From positions 1 to 64,000 of the forward strand of contig NW_026855453.1 of assembly GCF_026571515.1 (NCBI RefSeq): 64,000 bases of DNA, in the 5' to 3' direction. The position numbers were made by a program, and so were the translations under genes. Below are positions 39,231 to 52,044 of the stretch, in pieces. The notes beneath the pieces are model-generated. The model saw nothing but the letters and a program-made list of their open reading frames with translations, was not told the DNA's origin and did not search any database. This stretch comes from Ruditapes philippinarum (taxonomy: Eukaryota). How positions within the stretch are numbered: the first letter of the stretch is position 1; every line of letters begins with the position of its first letter.

Positions 39231-40187
39231 TTAATTATCAGGATTAGGTTTCTTCAGTTTCCGAAAGAACTTAAATGTGCCTTTTGGTTGCTTCTCGTAA
39301 GATCTGCAATATTTTATTAAATCTTTCTTATCTTGTCTCGCCTCTTGTCTTGTGAGTGCCTTATATTTTAGCACTCTATGTTTTGTTTGTCTATTCCGAA
39401 ATTCAATATTTGTTCCACCATCTAATGTGCTAAAGTGTTCCGGAAGATCCTTATATGGTCGTAGTTCTACCTTTATTGTAAAATCTTCACACACATCGAC
39501 ATAGTTGTCTTCCTGTAAATCACTGTTACCTGTTGCACCTTCATCAGGGTTCATGTCGTCATTTTTACTTGAATGAGACATAGATTGTATTCCCTCAGGA
39601 CCCATATAGTTAGATTCATACCATTGTTTAAGCATCCACAATTGTTCATTGTCTAGAGCATATAGAATATCTTGTTTTTTGACAACTTTAAGCACTGGTA
39701 GTTTGGCCGTTTCGTGGATATTACCAAACCTTGCGTCGAATTTCTTTTCCATGTTTTTTTCAGTAATACAATCGCTGCTGTAACGTATATCGGACAACTT
39801 AACAGTCAGAATATTCACATGGGCTTTAGCTGATCCATTATGTTGAACTTCAATAAACTCGCCTTCGCTCGTCGTTGTCAGCCAAGAAGGGCCTAACCTT
39901 GCCAAAGACTCAAATTTAACAGGTACTTGTAAAATCTCACTCCTGTTTTCTTGTAAGAATTTAGCGTATTGTTTAAACATCCATAGTCGCCGGTTGTCAA
40001 GTGTAAAGAATAATTTACCTTTCCTGACAACTGTTATTTTTGGCAATGTATCTAAATCTAAAAGTCCTGTCCTAAGATCACTCAGAACATCACTCATTTT
40101 CTTCCCATTATCAAATTTTTCATCGATAACATCTCTTGAATAGCGGATTTTTGTTACTTCTAGTCGCTCAGGATTTCTTTTAGCCAT
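39231..40187 (-). CDS. Tandem ParB/Sulfiredoxin-like domain protein, paralog 1 (318 aa)
   Basis: Uninterrupted ORF with two internal repeats: IRYS.D.I...P.I.VV....F/Y.LDN(RR/EQ)LW..KQ...T..G..I. Splice acceptor at 40207-40206, 18 nt upstream of the ATG. Confidence 0.8.
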   Translation of the reverse strand: MAKRNPERLEVTKIRYSRDVIDEKFDNGKKMSDVLSDLRTGLLDLDTLPKITVVRKGKLFFTLDNRRLWMFKQYAKFLQENRSEILQVPVKFESLARLGPSWLTTTSEGEFIEVQHNGSAKAHVNILTVKLSDIRYSSDCITEKNMEKKFDARFGNIHETAKLPVLKVVKKQDILYALDNEQLWMLKQWYESNYMGPEGIQSMSHSSKNDDMNPDEGATGNSDLQEDNYVDVCEDFTIKVELRPYKDLPEHFSTLDGGTNIEFRNRQTKHRVLKYKALTRQEARQDKKDLIKYCRSYEKQPKGTFKFFRKLKKPNPDN

Positions 40188-40747
40188 ATCTTCCTCTTGG
40201 TGTTTCTATTAAGTATAATATCAAATGATTTAGTTTTAATAAGTAATTATTTTCGCATAGTAAATGAACTCAAATTGTTTAAATTTGTGTAAAGTGCGAC
40301 ATTTCAATTACAACAAACAAGTACAGATTAGTTAATTTAGAAAACTGTTTTCAAAATAAATTGATTACCTTATCACTACAGCAGTAAATCAATAATTATC
40401 AAAATAACAATAATCACGAATGTTTGAACACTATTGAAGTCCCCACTTAAAAATATTCTTTCTCTATGAATGTAGTCATATTATATAATATCAAATTGTC
40501 TGCTTTACGATTTCTTTGTTTCAATTCAAAACAAAATTATAACGCATTCTTTTTTGTAACTAAATACCAATAAGTCAAACACTGTCAGTCAAGCGTTCAT
40601 TAACATTGGTTTAAGTTTCCAATACAAGACGTTTATAAGCTTACTAAATTTTAAATTATGACCAAATACTGATAAAAAGGTTACATAGTTTTTGCAGAAT
40701 TTGTTTCAGTTCTATTAGGATTATTATGTATAAACTTAAAGTTTTTT

Positions 40748-40850
40748 TCCTTAAGGAAATAACAGCTTGTCCTTGACGGGGTTCGATACACACAGCCTGC
40801 AAACCTTAGTCTACTAGTTCGAAGTGTTTATCACTCACCTACGCCTCCAC
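40748..40850 (-). mobile_element. Degenerate SINE fragment
   Basis: ccttaaggaaataacagc...ggggttcgat, similar to 30335-30485. Confidence 0.4.
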
Positions 40851-43292
40851 TACAGTTGACAAACTGTTTGAATGCCTGTCCTTAATACTATTTATATGTT
40901 TAATTGATTAATTTTTCATATATTGTGTTTATTTCAATTTAAATAAAATAGGGACAATCATGTAACTGTCCAATGCAAATTCTATTTTTATGAATAACAT
41001 ATACAAGTTGGCTAAAAAACCTACCCATCTATAACAAAGGAAGACAAGAGAATCACTACATATGAAACATAACGATATTATATTACGATTTTTATCCCCG
41101 GATAGGTACTCATTAATTTACCTGCCATAATCAAGATTCCGACGGAATATTTTTTAGGGTTTGACTACAAGTTTCATGCATATATATTGATTACAAAACA
41201 CTAAAGAAAACTTGTGTTGAAATTTGTTTGACGTCAAGCTACATATACTCATAACATTAGAGGCCTATAACAAAGCGGAACCAGTGTGCAAGGACAATAA
41301 TTGATTATATAACCATTCATAGGCCTTTCCTCCGAACATTAAAAAAATGCTCTAGTATTTTCTTATTTGATGAATTTCATGAATATTCAAGCTTCTTGAT
41401 TTTTTAATACAAATAACAAATAATGATGAATCAGAATAATTAAAAATACTTACATTATTACGTTTGTTTTAAGAGTTATATCGATTTTATTAAATTCAAA
41501 AGATAACTGACAGTGACTTATCCATGAACAGGCCCAATCACACACAACCTGCAACATTTTCAATTTTTGAATGTTCTTTTGGGAATTCGTTTAACCTCAT
41601 TTTGCTTTATTAATCAGGTTTGAACGAATGTGTTGTTTTTCCCCCCCGTTTAAATGCTTTTACAATGAAATCATTTCAGTTTTCGTCAAGGTTAAATCTT
41701 TGCTATTTTAATCATAATTGGCACGCTTATAAGCGTCGAAAAGAATCGTGTTTAAAACATTCGTTCTTCGTACATTTTACATTTTTAACTTTTATTATAA
41801 TTACATGATAATGACTAAAAGAAATATACAGTTTAAAGAGCTAAAGAAGCAAGTCGACGATTATTAAATAATAAACAAAAGGTATACGTTTGATGATGCG
41901 GTACATTTTGTTTTGGACCATCCCATAAATATTTCAGTATCGTTAATGTTAAAAATAGAAAAGTTGTAGCACTGCCTTGCTAGTTATAATGTTTCCTGTT
42001 TGTTTGTAATACCAAGCTAAAAATCTATAGGTAGATGCTAAAGAACAAGTATGCTTGTCTGTCCTTGAAATAATTAGAATATTTATTCTTATTTATTATA
42101 TATTTTTGGCGTACGCGCCAAAGCGCGACACCCTTTATGGAATGAAATGATATTTTATGAAAGAACAATTGCAAATTCTCGGGCCTTTTCGTCTGTCATA
42201 ATAGCCGATGATTCCGATTGGTACGAGGGTGTTTGATTATCAAAAATGAAATGTTGCGATATGTACAATGAATAGCGCACTGGAGAATTTCGCAATGCAA
42301 ACATATTCAAATGAAATTATCTTTTCCGTCAATCAACCGCGCTCTTCGGTTTTTTATCAATCGTGTGGGTTATTATGTATGTTATTGCTGTACCTATAAA
42401 TAGAATGATGACCTTAACATTGTGAAAGTTCGAAAATCTATTTATATAAGTAGTTTAAGTTGAACGAAACGGTCATTCGTTTCACGCCATGGTAATAAAT
42501 AACTAACTGGAGAATTTTGCAGGAAATGAAATGCAAACATATTCAAATAATGAATTGCACTCTTTTAGAATCAATAGAAATTGTTACATCGTAGTATTAT
42601 CATTTTGTAATGGTCTTTTCCGTAGGTCTCCGGTTTTCTTTGTTACGGCCCTGATTGAACTTATGACATTTTTACCGTAAATATACTATATTTTTGTTTG
42701 AATGCAATCGATTTTATGTTAGTTTGAGTGGAATGTTCATTTGCCGAATATTGTGACATTTTAACAACAGAAAGTTTCGTCTGTAATTTTAACATGAGTT
42801 GTTATGGGTTTATTGAAAGGAATGTCAACACATTGGTGGGTCAGACAAGGTTTTTTGAAGTAATTCATTAAGATAGTAGATTGACCTCCCAATAAATCAA
42901 TTAACAGACTTTGTTCATTTTGACTACTAATTTTTTTATGTTCCAAAGAAAATACCACATAAACTCAAAATTCTATCAAATAACCAATATGAATGATAAT
43001 ATCCAAAAATACCCCCTATATAATATAAATAAACGGAAACCATATAGGGGTATATTTTGGATGTTATATACCTGTATATTTTGGATATTATCGTTAATAT
43101 TGATAGAATTTCATGTTCCTGTGGAAAAAAAATTAATATTCTAATCTCTAGCATGCCTACCAAGATTCATGATGAACAATGTCTTTTGTCTGTCCATTCA
43201 CAAATGATATACAATACTGGTAAAAACCAATTAACCATTGAAAAGTTTATAAGAATATATGGTCATCAGATGTCTATTAGTTCATCTTCACT

Positions 43293-44950
43293 TTTTTTAG
43301 CTCACCTGAGCTTGCTCAGGGTGAGCTTTTAGGATCGATGAATGTCCGTCGTCCGTCGTCCGTCCGGCCGTCCACAATTGCTTGTGAACACACTAGCGGT
43401 CGCATTTTTGCCTCAATCATCATCAAACTTGGTCAGGATGCTTATCTAGTTGAAAGCTCGGATGAGTTCGAACATGGGTCATCTCAGATGAAAAACTAGG
43501 TCACAAGAGCTAAAAATAGAAAAACCTTGTGAACACTCTAGAGGTCACATTTTTGACCCAATCATCATCAAACTTGGTCAGGATGTTTGTCTAGGTGATA
43601 GCTCGGATGAGTTCGAACATGGGTCATCTCGGATGAAAAAGTAGGTCACAGGAGCTATAAATAGAAAAACCTTGTGAACACTCTAGTGGTCACATTTTTG
43701 AACCAATCATCATCAAACTTGGTCAGAATGCTTGTCTAGTCAATTGCTTGGATGAGTTCGAACATGGGTCATCTCTGATGAAAAACTAGGTCACAGGAGC
43801 TAAAAATAGAAAAACCTTGTGACCACTCTAGTGGTCACATTTTTGACCCAATCATCATCAAACTTTGTCAGGATGCTTGTTTAGATAATAGCTCGGATGA
43901 GTTCGAATATGGGTCATCTCGGATGAAAAACTAGGTCACCGGAGCTATAAATAGAAAAACCTTGTTAACACTCTAGCGGTCACATTTTTGCATCAATCAT
44001 CATCAAACTTGGTCAGGATGCTTATCTAGTTGATAGCTTGGATGAGTTCGAACATGGGTCATCTCGGATGAAAAAGTAGGTCACCGGAGCTAAAAATAGA
44101 AAAACCTTGTTAACACTTTAGCGGTCACATTTTTGCATCAATCATCATCAAACTTGATCAAGATGCTTGTCTAGGTAATAACTCCGATGAGTTCGAACAT
44201 GGGTCATCTCGGATGAAAAACTAGGTCACAGGAGCTAAAAATAGAAAAACCTTGTTAACACTCTAGTGGTCACAATTTTGACTCAATTGTCATCAAACTT
44301 GGTCAGGAAACTTGTCTAGGTCATTGCTGGGAATAAATCGAACATGGGACATCTCGGATGAAAAACTAGGTCACAGGAGCTAAAATAGAAAAATCTTGTT
44401 AACACTCTAGTGGCTACTGTTGTGATCCAAATATTCTGTTAATTGGTCTGAAGTTTGTTTTGATGATTTCTAAGTCAAGATCGAACATGGGTCATCTTGG
44501 ATGAAAAACTAGGTCACACCGCCCAAATATGGAAAAACCTTGTTAACATTCTAGTGGTCACATTTTCGACTCCATTATCATCAAACTTGGTCAGAATGCT
44601 TGTCTAGGTAATTGCTTGGATGAGTTCGAAATCGCATGTGAAACTAGGTCACCGGAGCTAAAAATAGAAAAATCTTGTTAACACTCTAGTTGCTACTGTT
44701 TTGATCCAAGTATCCTGGAAATTGGTCTGAAAGTTTGTTTTGATGATTTCTAGGTCAAGTTTGAATATGTGTCACCTGGGTAAAAAACTAGGTCGCACTG
44801 CTCAAATATGGATAATCCTTGTTAACACTGTAGTGGTCACATTTTTGACTCACCTGTCATGAGACTTGGTCAGAATGCTTGTCTAGGTAATTGTTTGGAT
44901 GAGTTTGATAATTCAGGTGAGCGATCTAGGGCCATCATGGCCCTCTTGTT
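43293..44950 (+). mobile_element. Helentron-associated non-autonomous element (HINE / pearl-like) carrying a 145-bp satellite array
   Basis: T-rich insertion site, 5' agctcacctgag..ctcagggtgagct hairpin, gtcc/gtc microsatellite, about 10.6 units of 145 bp (43381-44910), 3' sub-TIR caggtgagc, and terminal hairpin agggccatcatggccct followed by cttgtt. Confidence 0.9.
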
Positions 44951-45278
44951 TTATTTCTTGCTTGGACGCCCTTTGATGCTTTGCATCAATTTTTTCTTGT
45001 ATCGTTTGTAATCCATAAGAATATATAACGTAATGAGCAATCAAACCGGGTCGGCAATACACAATATTCACCTATTGAAATTTGGTTTCTTTGATCTCAA
45101 GTGATCTTGTTTTTTTTACAGAATTTTATTGCATGTACATGACCAAGGATATTCTCAGGCTTCTGCAGATTACGGATGAGCCAATTGATGGAGGTAAACA
45201 TAACAGTTATCATTAAACGCATTTTTTTAAATAAATTCTCGATCATACTTGATATTGGTCAACCATCCGTTAGTATAC

Positions 45279-45657
45279 TTTATACGGGGAAGTCAAAGTC
45301 CGGGCCCGCGAAGCGGGTCCGGGCTTTGGCTTGCCCGGCTATAGACTGCACGTGTATATTTAAAAGAAAATGAAATTAAAAACAATTAAAAAATATTTAG
45401 AATTCTATACCTATCAATGAAATTTTCAGTGTCAGTTCTAGTCGGGCGCCGCCATTTACAATGTAACGCAATGATAATAGGCGGGGTATTCCGATAATGG
45501 AACATATCTCAACTTTTCGGATAAATGACAATTGTCGAGTGTTCCGAGTGAAAACGGAATCGGTGCTTATAATACCGAATGACACTTTTAAAACGGAAAG
45601 AATGTAAGGAATTTATAACGACTTCTCCGTTCATAGGCTTTGCCTAATTTCATATTA
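45279..45657. repeat. 380-bp hairpin-headed repeat, copy 1
   Basis: GC-rich stem-loop with a GCGAAGC cap at the left end. Direct copy at 46003-46381. Confidence 0.85.
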
Positions 45658-46002
45658 ATCAGTTTATTTAAATCCTGATGTTCCTATAGCAAACCAAACT
45701 TATTTGACCAAACATAATAGGGAACTATTTTAATAAGCTACAGTTTAGTTTTATTCCTTGTTGGTATTCTCATATTATTAGTTTCTCGAGAGAAAATCAT
45801 TGTTTTGTCAGACACCCCACCATCCATCTGGTGAGCTTATCATTGTTTTTAATTGATATTTTATGAAGGATAATTTACCGTGATTAATGAAAATTCTTTT
45901 TGCACCACCATTTGTACTCCCCCCTGCTGTATTCGGTGTCCTGCCTTACCGGTGGTCCTGTATGGTCGGGTTTTCTGGGGCTGCGTTTTCTGAATCTTTA
46001 TA

Positions 46003-46381
46003 TTTATACGGGGAAGTCAAAGACAGGGCCCGCGAAGCGGGTCCAGGCTTTGGCTAGCCCGGCTTTAGACTACACGTGTATATTTAAAAGAAAATCAAAT
46101 AAAAAACAATTAAAAAATATATTGAATTCTATACCTATCAACGAAATTTTCAGTGTCAGTTCTAGTCGGGCGCCGCCATTTACAATGTAACTCAATGATA
46201 ATAGGCGGGGTGTTCCGATAACGAAACAAATCTCAACTTTTCGGATAAATAATAATCGCCGAGTGTTCCGAGTGAAAACGGAAGCGGTGCATGTAATACC
46301 GAATGACAACTTTAAAACGGAAAGAATGAAAGGAATTTTTAACGACTTCCCCGTTCATAAGCTTTGCCTAATTTCATATTA
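46003..46381. repeat. 380-bp hairpin-headed repeat, copy 2
   Basis: Highly similar direct repeat of 45279-45657. Confidence 0.85.
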
Positions 46382-48471
46382 TTTTGTTATATTGTTTTTG
46401 GCCGTTCCTTATAATTGATTTTAATATATATAGTGTCGAATATTTTGTTTAAAATTTTCGATCATCTCTCATATACGGAGTCTGAAAGTTTCACTCTTTG
46501 CTAGGGATCTTGCGTGTTTAGACTTTTATACTCACAAGGACATTTGCAAATTGTAAACACAGTTTCCCCGCACATTGTCACAAAGTTGATTAACGCTGTA
46601 TCAGCTTTATAAATCTAGACCTTCGGGTCATTAATTCCAATATGTTGAGTGTTGAAGAGATTTTTATGCTTAAGAGTAGAATACATTTTCATTTTGTGTA
46701 CGGAAACGAACTGAATCATCAACCGATACTGTGGCTTGATTTAATTTTCTTGGTGTTAGATAGGAGAAATTGTAATAATCTCTCAGTTTCTAATATGAGC
46801 AAATACGTATTCAGTGTAATATTATGTGATACTTCTCAATCTATGTGCAAATCTTCAAACACTCGTTAGAAGATAAATACAACCAGACACATTTTATGCC
46901 CGGCTTAAAAATGGGAACAACCTGTTATGAAAACAGTACGGTCGTACTGACGTACGGTGTTTCTTTTTTAAGAGGGTATAAGGCGCGGTTTGTGTTACTT
47001 GGGACGGACATAGCCTATGGTCAGTGTATGACCCATATTGATTTTCAGTCAGAAAATATAAGGTCACCATGACATTTACGTTTTAAAATGGATTTTGAAT
47101 GAGAACTATATCTTAGAAAAAACAATGTCCAGTAGCCAGGCCCCTTTTACGAGCAGTTCATGAAGGTAGGGATACATTCAACCGTAACTATTGTTTTAGC
47201 GCAAATTTCAATCATGAGGAAAACCAAATTTAGGCGAAGAATAGAGAAAATAAGTACCTTCAATGTGACACTAAGTGCCATTCCATGGAAAGTGGCATAT
47301 GGTTCCCAAGTAAAAATATGCGTGTGCCCTAAACGAGAAAACAATGGGTGGAACTAACTGAAATGGAATTTTGCAAGGGCATCAGAGGTTATGAAGCCTG
47401 CATATCACAGATAATACGTCAAAAGACAAATATAAAAAGCATGTCCTAAGGTGATTCAACAGTATTCAAGTGAGGAATAATGGAACCACCCAACAAGAAA
47501 AAAGCCGAATAGAAATAATTAAATTATAAGCACAACCAAAATGTCTTGCTGAACGATCTTTAAGGATCGGAAATATAACACCTCTGATTGCATGTACGTG
47601 GCGACTTTTTACAGCCTCCATTTGTCACAAACAACGCCGATGTGACTATAAAATAGAGAAAATAAAAACCCCTACAGAAATACCAACACGGCAAAATTGA
47701 AAATGTTGCAGGCTCGGTTTGATTGAGCCTTTTTATGGACGATACTATCAAAAGCAAACTACAATATACATGTATGCCCTCTAGCACTGGCTTAAGAAGT
47801 TCATGTATTGGTTAAATACATCCCTTAAGTCCTTTATATTATAAGAGTTGTTTTATTACTCTATGTTTCAAACATACAGAACGATGCGTCTTTTTTGGTT
47901 TCATTAAGTGCATGGAATCGATTCTTATTTTTTTAAAGAATTTAAGAATTTTCACTACGAAGCAATTAGGTAGCTTTTAATCCTTAAATGATTAAATTCC
48001 AAAATTCTGATGGTAACCTTTCCAACTGATAGATGACAAAACCTTTTTGAAACCATCCCCATTCTATTTCATCTAACCAATATATCTGTTTTCAATTATC
48101 AAAATCTAAAAATAATTAAAGATAATAATTTTATATGCTTTTTGGTTTGTTTCTTTTTAATTAAAAACTATTCAAACAAAATTCTTAAACTTAAACTGAT
48201 GAAAACAAAATTGTAGTTGTTCTATCTAACTAATTAAAAAACATAAATTGCTAATTTGTTCCTCATGAAGTATATAACAAAAATGATTGCAACGTTTCTG
48301 GCAATAATCACTAAAGTTAATTCAATCCAATAGTTTTATGTTTAACAATTTCTAAGACCTTAAATAAAATTATACCAAAAGATTTTGCCAAAAGATATCC
48401 TATAAAGAAATGCTACAGTAGTCATATATTCAAAGAGTATGTTGCTGAACATTCATCGAAATGTAGAATCT

Positions 48472-51134
48472 TGTTGTGCGGCCGAAAAATGATAAAATTC
48501 TTTTTAAAAAAATGAATAAATATGCATGATAATTTTGTTTTAAACACAAATATTTTTAAATATAATCATTTTCTAAAAGGTCAAATTTTCAGAACAATGT
48601 GTGAAATTTCGAATATGTTAAGTTGCAAATATTATATGTTTTAATAACAGAAGTCAAATTAATAATTATGTAACCGGAAGATTAAATATGGCTTTTCCTC
48701 TTTGTCCAATCAACTGTGCTAAAAGTTTTATTATATAAAGGTGATAAAGTCAATTAAGCTGTCTGTACTTAATAAGTTTTTAAACCTTATGACTGATAAA
48801 ATGTCCAGGTGGTGATTGTTGTTATAAATTCTATGTTGCTATGTTACCTTATTTTGTATTGAAACCTGATTGGTCATTTTGTTATTTAAGACACAAAAAT
48901 GTTAAATTTTTATTGGTCAGTTTAAAACGAAACCATTTTTAGAAATATTGTAAAGATAGAGAAATCGAATAGTGAGATTTTGGATTTCCAATTGATAACG
49001 TTGTGGCTCTCCACTAGAAATATTTGTTACTGCTTTTTAATATCTACATTGTATTTGTTAACGTCAGGATAACCTGTGTATATTTGATATATTATTAATG
49101 TTTGTGGTATTCCACTGAGAAAGAAACAATAAATGATTAAACGGAACATTGTGTTGAAATTCAATCCACCTCCAGAAGGACTATAAATTTAGCGCATAAT
49201 ATTTGGTGGGAATCAGTGTCTTTCCCAACCTCTCAATTTAGCAAGCGAGACTACGAATTCAACTTCCCCAAGAAAAACAACAATGAGTTTCATAAATGGA
49301 ATACCATTTAGAAGTGAAAAATCATGTGGACAATGTGGACATAATCATTATCACAGACAGAAGAAGTGTTGTGCGGAAATGGCAAGATGTAACAAATGCA
49401 AGAGAATTGGACATTTTGCACGAGTTTGCCGACATCAAGCAGTCAAGTCAAGTCTATCTAAACAACGGGATCAAGAACGAATGACAACTTTTATTAGACG
49501 CAAAACAGCAGAATGCACATTACCATTCTACAATGAAAACGATGCTTTCTTTCAGAACAACCAAACAAACAACTCTGTAAGTCATGTTTCAATAGCAGAA
49601 TTTCAAAAGTTGAAATCTTTAACTCATTCAATGAATAAAACAATTAACGGTTTGAAATCAGAAAATGTGGCTCTCAATTTGAAAAATCAAAGACTCAAGG
49701 ACTTTACTGAAAATCTGCAGAATGAGATTTCCCTCAAGAAATCACAAATATGTCATCTTCAAGAAACATTGATACTACAAAGAAACTCGCTAGAAGAAAA
49801 GTTTAGGGCTGACTCGTCAAAACTAGAAAAAATGGACAAACTCATAATAGAATTTAAGAAAATACATGACGATTATGAAGAACTGAGACTTGAATACAAC
49901 CGGAACACTTACGAAGCAATGGTGACAGAATCAATGAAAAACGACCAAATAGATGAACTTAAAAATAAAAATGAAAGCTTGAGAAATGAGATCGCTCAGC
50001 TGACAGACAAAACGAAATATTTATGTCGCAGAAGAGTAACTGAAAATGAAAACCAACAACACGATCGTTATAACACATGCGAAGCCGGATTCCAACATAG
50101 GGGAGGCAATTGTCACCGCGGAAGACAGCAAGGACATAGAGGGCAATACAACAGAAATAGACGTCATTAAGGGTGTATTGTTTACAAGAAGACAGTGATT
50201 AGGATATATATTATAAGTAAATGGTACTTACGCTTTTCAGCAAAATCGGTGCTTTATGTTCACAATATATTTCTGTAACTAAATATCTAACGTAAACAGT
50301 ATTCTAATTTAATAATATTTATTTTTGTTATATACATATTTATGCTCCATTTCACAAAAGTAAAATAGTCTTAAAGGAGAAAAAAGTGTTGTGCGGCCAA
50401 AAAATAAATGTGCGGCCAAAAAATAATCAAATTCTTTTAAAAAAAATAAATAAATATGCATGATAATTTTGTTTTAAACACAAATATTTTTAAATATAAT
50501 CATTTTCTAAAAGGTCAAATTTTCAGAACAATGTGTGAAATTTCGAATATGTTAAGTTGCAAATATTATATGTTTTAATAACAAAAGTCAAATTAATAAT
50601 TATGTAACCGAAAGATTAAATATGGCTTTTCCTCTTTGTCCAATCAACTGTGCTAAAAGTTTTATTATATAAAGGTGATAAAGTCAATTAAGCTGTCTGT
50701 ACTTAATAAGTTTTTAAACCTTATGACTGATAAAATGTCCAGGTGGTGATTGTTGTTATAAATTCTATGTTGCTATGTTACCTTATTTTGTATTGAAACC
50801 TGATTGGTCATTTTGTTATTTAAGACACAAAAATGTTAAATTTTTATTGGTCAGTTTAAAACGAAACCATTTTTAGAAATATTGTAAAGATAGAGAAATC
50901 GAACAGTTAGATTTTGGATTTCCAATTAATAACATTGTGGCTCTCCACTAGAAATATTTGTTACTGCTTTTTAATATCTACCTTGTATTTGTTAACGTCA
51001 GGATAACCTGTGTATATTTTATATATTATTAAAATTTGTGGTATTCCACTGAAAAAGAAACAATAAATGATAAAACGGAACATTGTGTTGAAATTCAATC
51101 CACCTTCAGTAGAACCATAAATTAGCGCATAATA
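48472..51134 (+). mobile_element. Complete non-autonomous LTR retroelement (Gypsy-related), 2.66 kb
   Basis: LTRs at 48472-49201 and 50387-51134 (TGT...ATA, highly similar). 4-bp TSD ATCT at 48468-48471 and 51135-51138. PBS-like tt-TGGTGGG follows the 5' LTR; PPT aaaggagaaaaaag at 50373-50386. No pol. Confidence 0.92.
49283..50170 (+). CDS. LTR-element ORF: Gag-type zinc knuckles, coiled coil and R/G-rich tail (295 aa)
   Basis: CGQCGHNH...C.A....CNKCKRIGHFARVC at the N-terminus, a heptad-rich middle and an RG-rich C-terminus. The ORF is intact and lies between the LTRs. Confidence 0.8.
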   Translation: MSFINGIPFRSEKSCGQCGHNHYHRQKKCCAEMARCNKCKRIGHFARVCRHQAVKSSLSKQRDQERMTTFIRRKTAECTLPFYNENDAFFQNNQTNNSVSHVSIAEFQKLKSLTHSMNKTINGLKSENVALNLKNQRLKDFTENLQNEISLKKSQICHLQETLILQRNSLEEKFRADSSKLEKMDKLIIEFKKIHDDYEELRLEYNRNTYEAMVTESMKNDQIDELKNKNESLRNEIAQLTDKTKYLCRRRVTENENQQHDRYNTCEAGFQHRGGNCHRGRQQGHRGQYNRNRRH

Positions 51135-51492
51135 ATCTACTCAATTTAAGATATAAACTGTTAATAGAACTTTCTCCGATTTTCCAAAATATACAGGCAT
51201 GTAGATAAATATTAATAAGGTTTTTTTTTCTGTTTCCAGAACATACAGCTTAAACAAGTTATAATCAAGATACTGATTTATTTTAGCTATAGTATATATT
51301 TGTTGTATCGTTGAACTGAAAGTCAGAAGAAATCAGTTTTATTACAATTTAATGTCATATACAGTCATCTAATGTTTAAGAGGAAAACTCAGTCATAGAG
51401 CAGCGTATAAAAAATATTCAGTCACAAAAAAGTAAGGTATCACTTATACAGGTCCAAAGCATTGAAACTAGCAGGCATTTTGACAGCCAAAC

Positions 51493-52044
51493 TTGAATGA
51501 AATTAAATCTAAACAGGCTTCAATAGATAAAAAGATAAACTCTGATTCCCAAAAGCTACAAAATGTCACCACGGATTATCAGCGTATTTCGGAGGAGCTG
51601 TTAGATTTACAGACGAGATCCATGAGGGATAACCTACTTTTTTATAACTTTCAGGAATGCGATACATTTGAGGAGAGAAAAGGTGAGAATTGTTCAAAAA
51701 AAGTGCTCGAATTTTGTGAGAATGACCTAAATATTGAAGGGGCTGCGACATCAATTAAGATCAACAGAGCGCATCGTATCGGAAAATATGAGAGCAACAA
51801 AACCCGCCCGATAGTGGTAAACTTCAGTCACACTCCAGATAAATTGAATGTGAAACATAAAGTTTTCTTAAGCAGTGAAACAACAGGAATAAAGGTATCT
51901 GATCAGTATCCTAAAGAAATCCAAGAACGTAGAAAAAAACTTATTCCAGAACTTATAAAAGCAAAAAATCAAAGTAAATCTGCGGTTCTAGTATATGACA
52001 AGCTCTATATTGATGGAAGACGTTTTTTCGCTACCACCGACTAG
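51493..52044 (+). CDS. LINE ORF1 (coiled coil plus RRM/CTD, L1-type ORF1p-like), N-terminally truncated
   Basis: Motifs RSMRDNLLFY, INRAHRIG, RPIVVNF, VSDQYPKEIQERRKKL and DKLYIDG. Confidence 0.85.
   Translation: MNEIKSKQASIDKKINSDSQKLQNVTTDYQRISEELLDLQTRSMRDNLLFYNFQECDTFEERKGENCSKKVLEFCENDLNIEGAATSIKINRAHRIGKYESNKTRPIVVNFSHTPDKLNVKHKVFLSSETTGIKVSDQYPKEIQERRKKLIPELIKAKNQSKSAVLVYDKLYIDGRRFFATTD

Noticed and set aside
43381-44910. Regularly spaced repeats as a CRISPR array
   Set aside because: Whole 145-bp units repeat with no unique spacers, there are no cas genes, and the context is a eukaryotic HINE.
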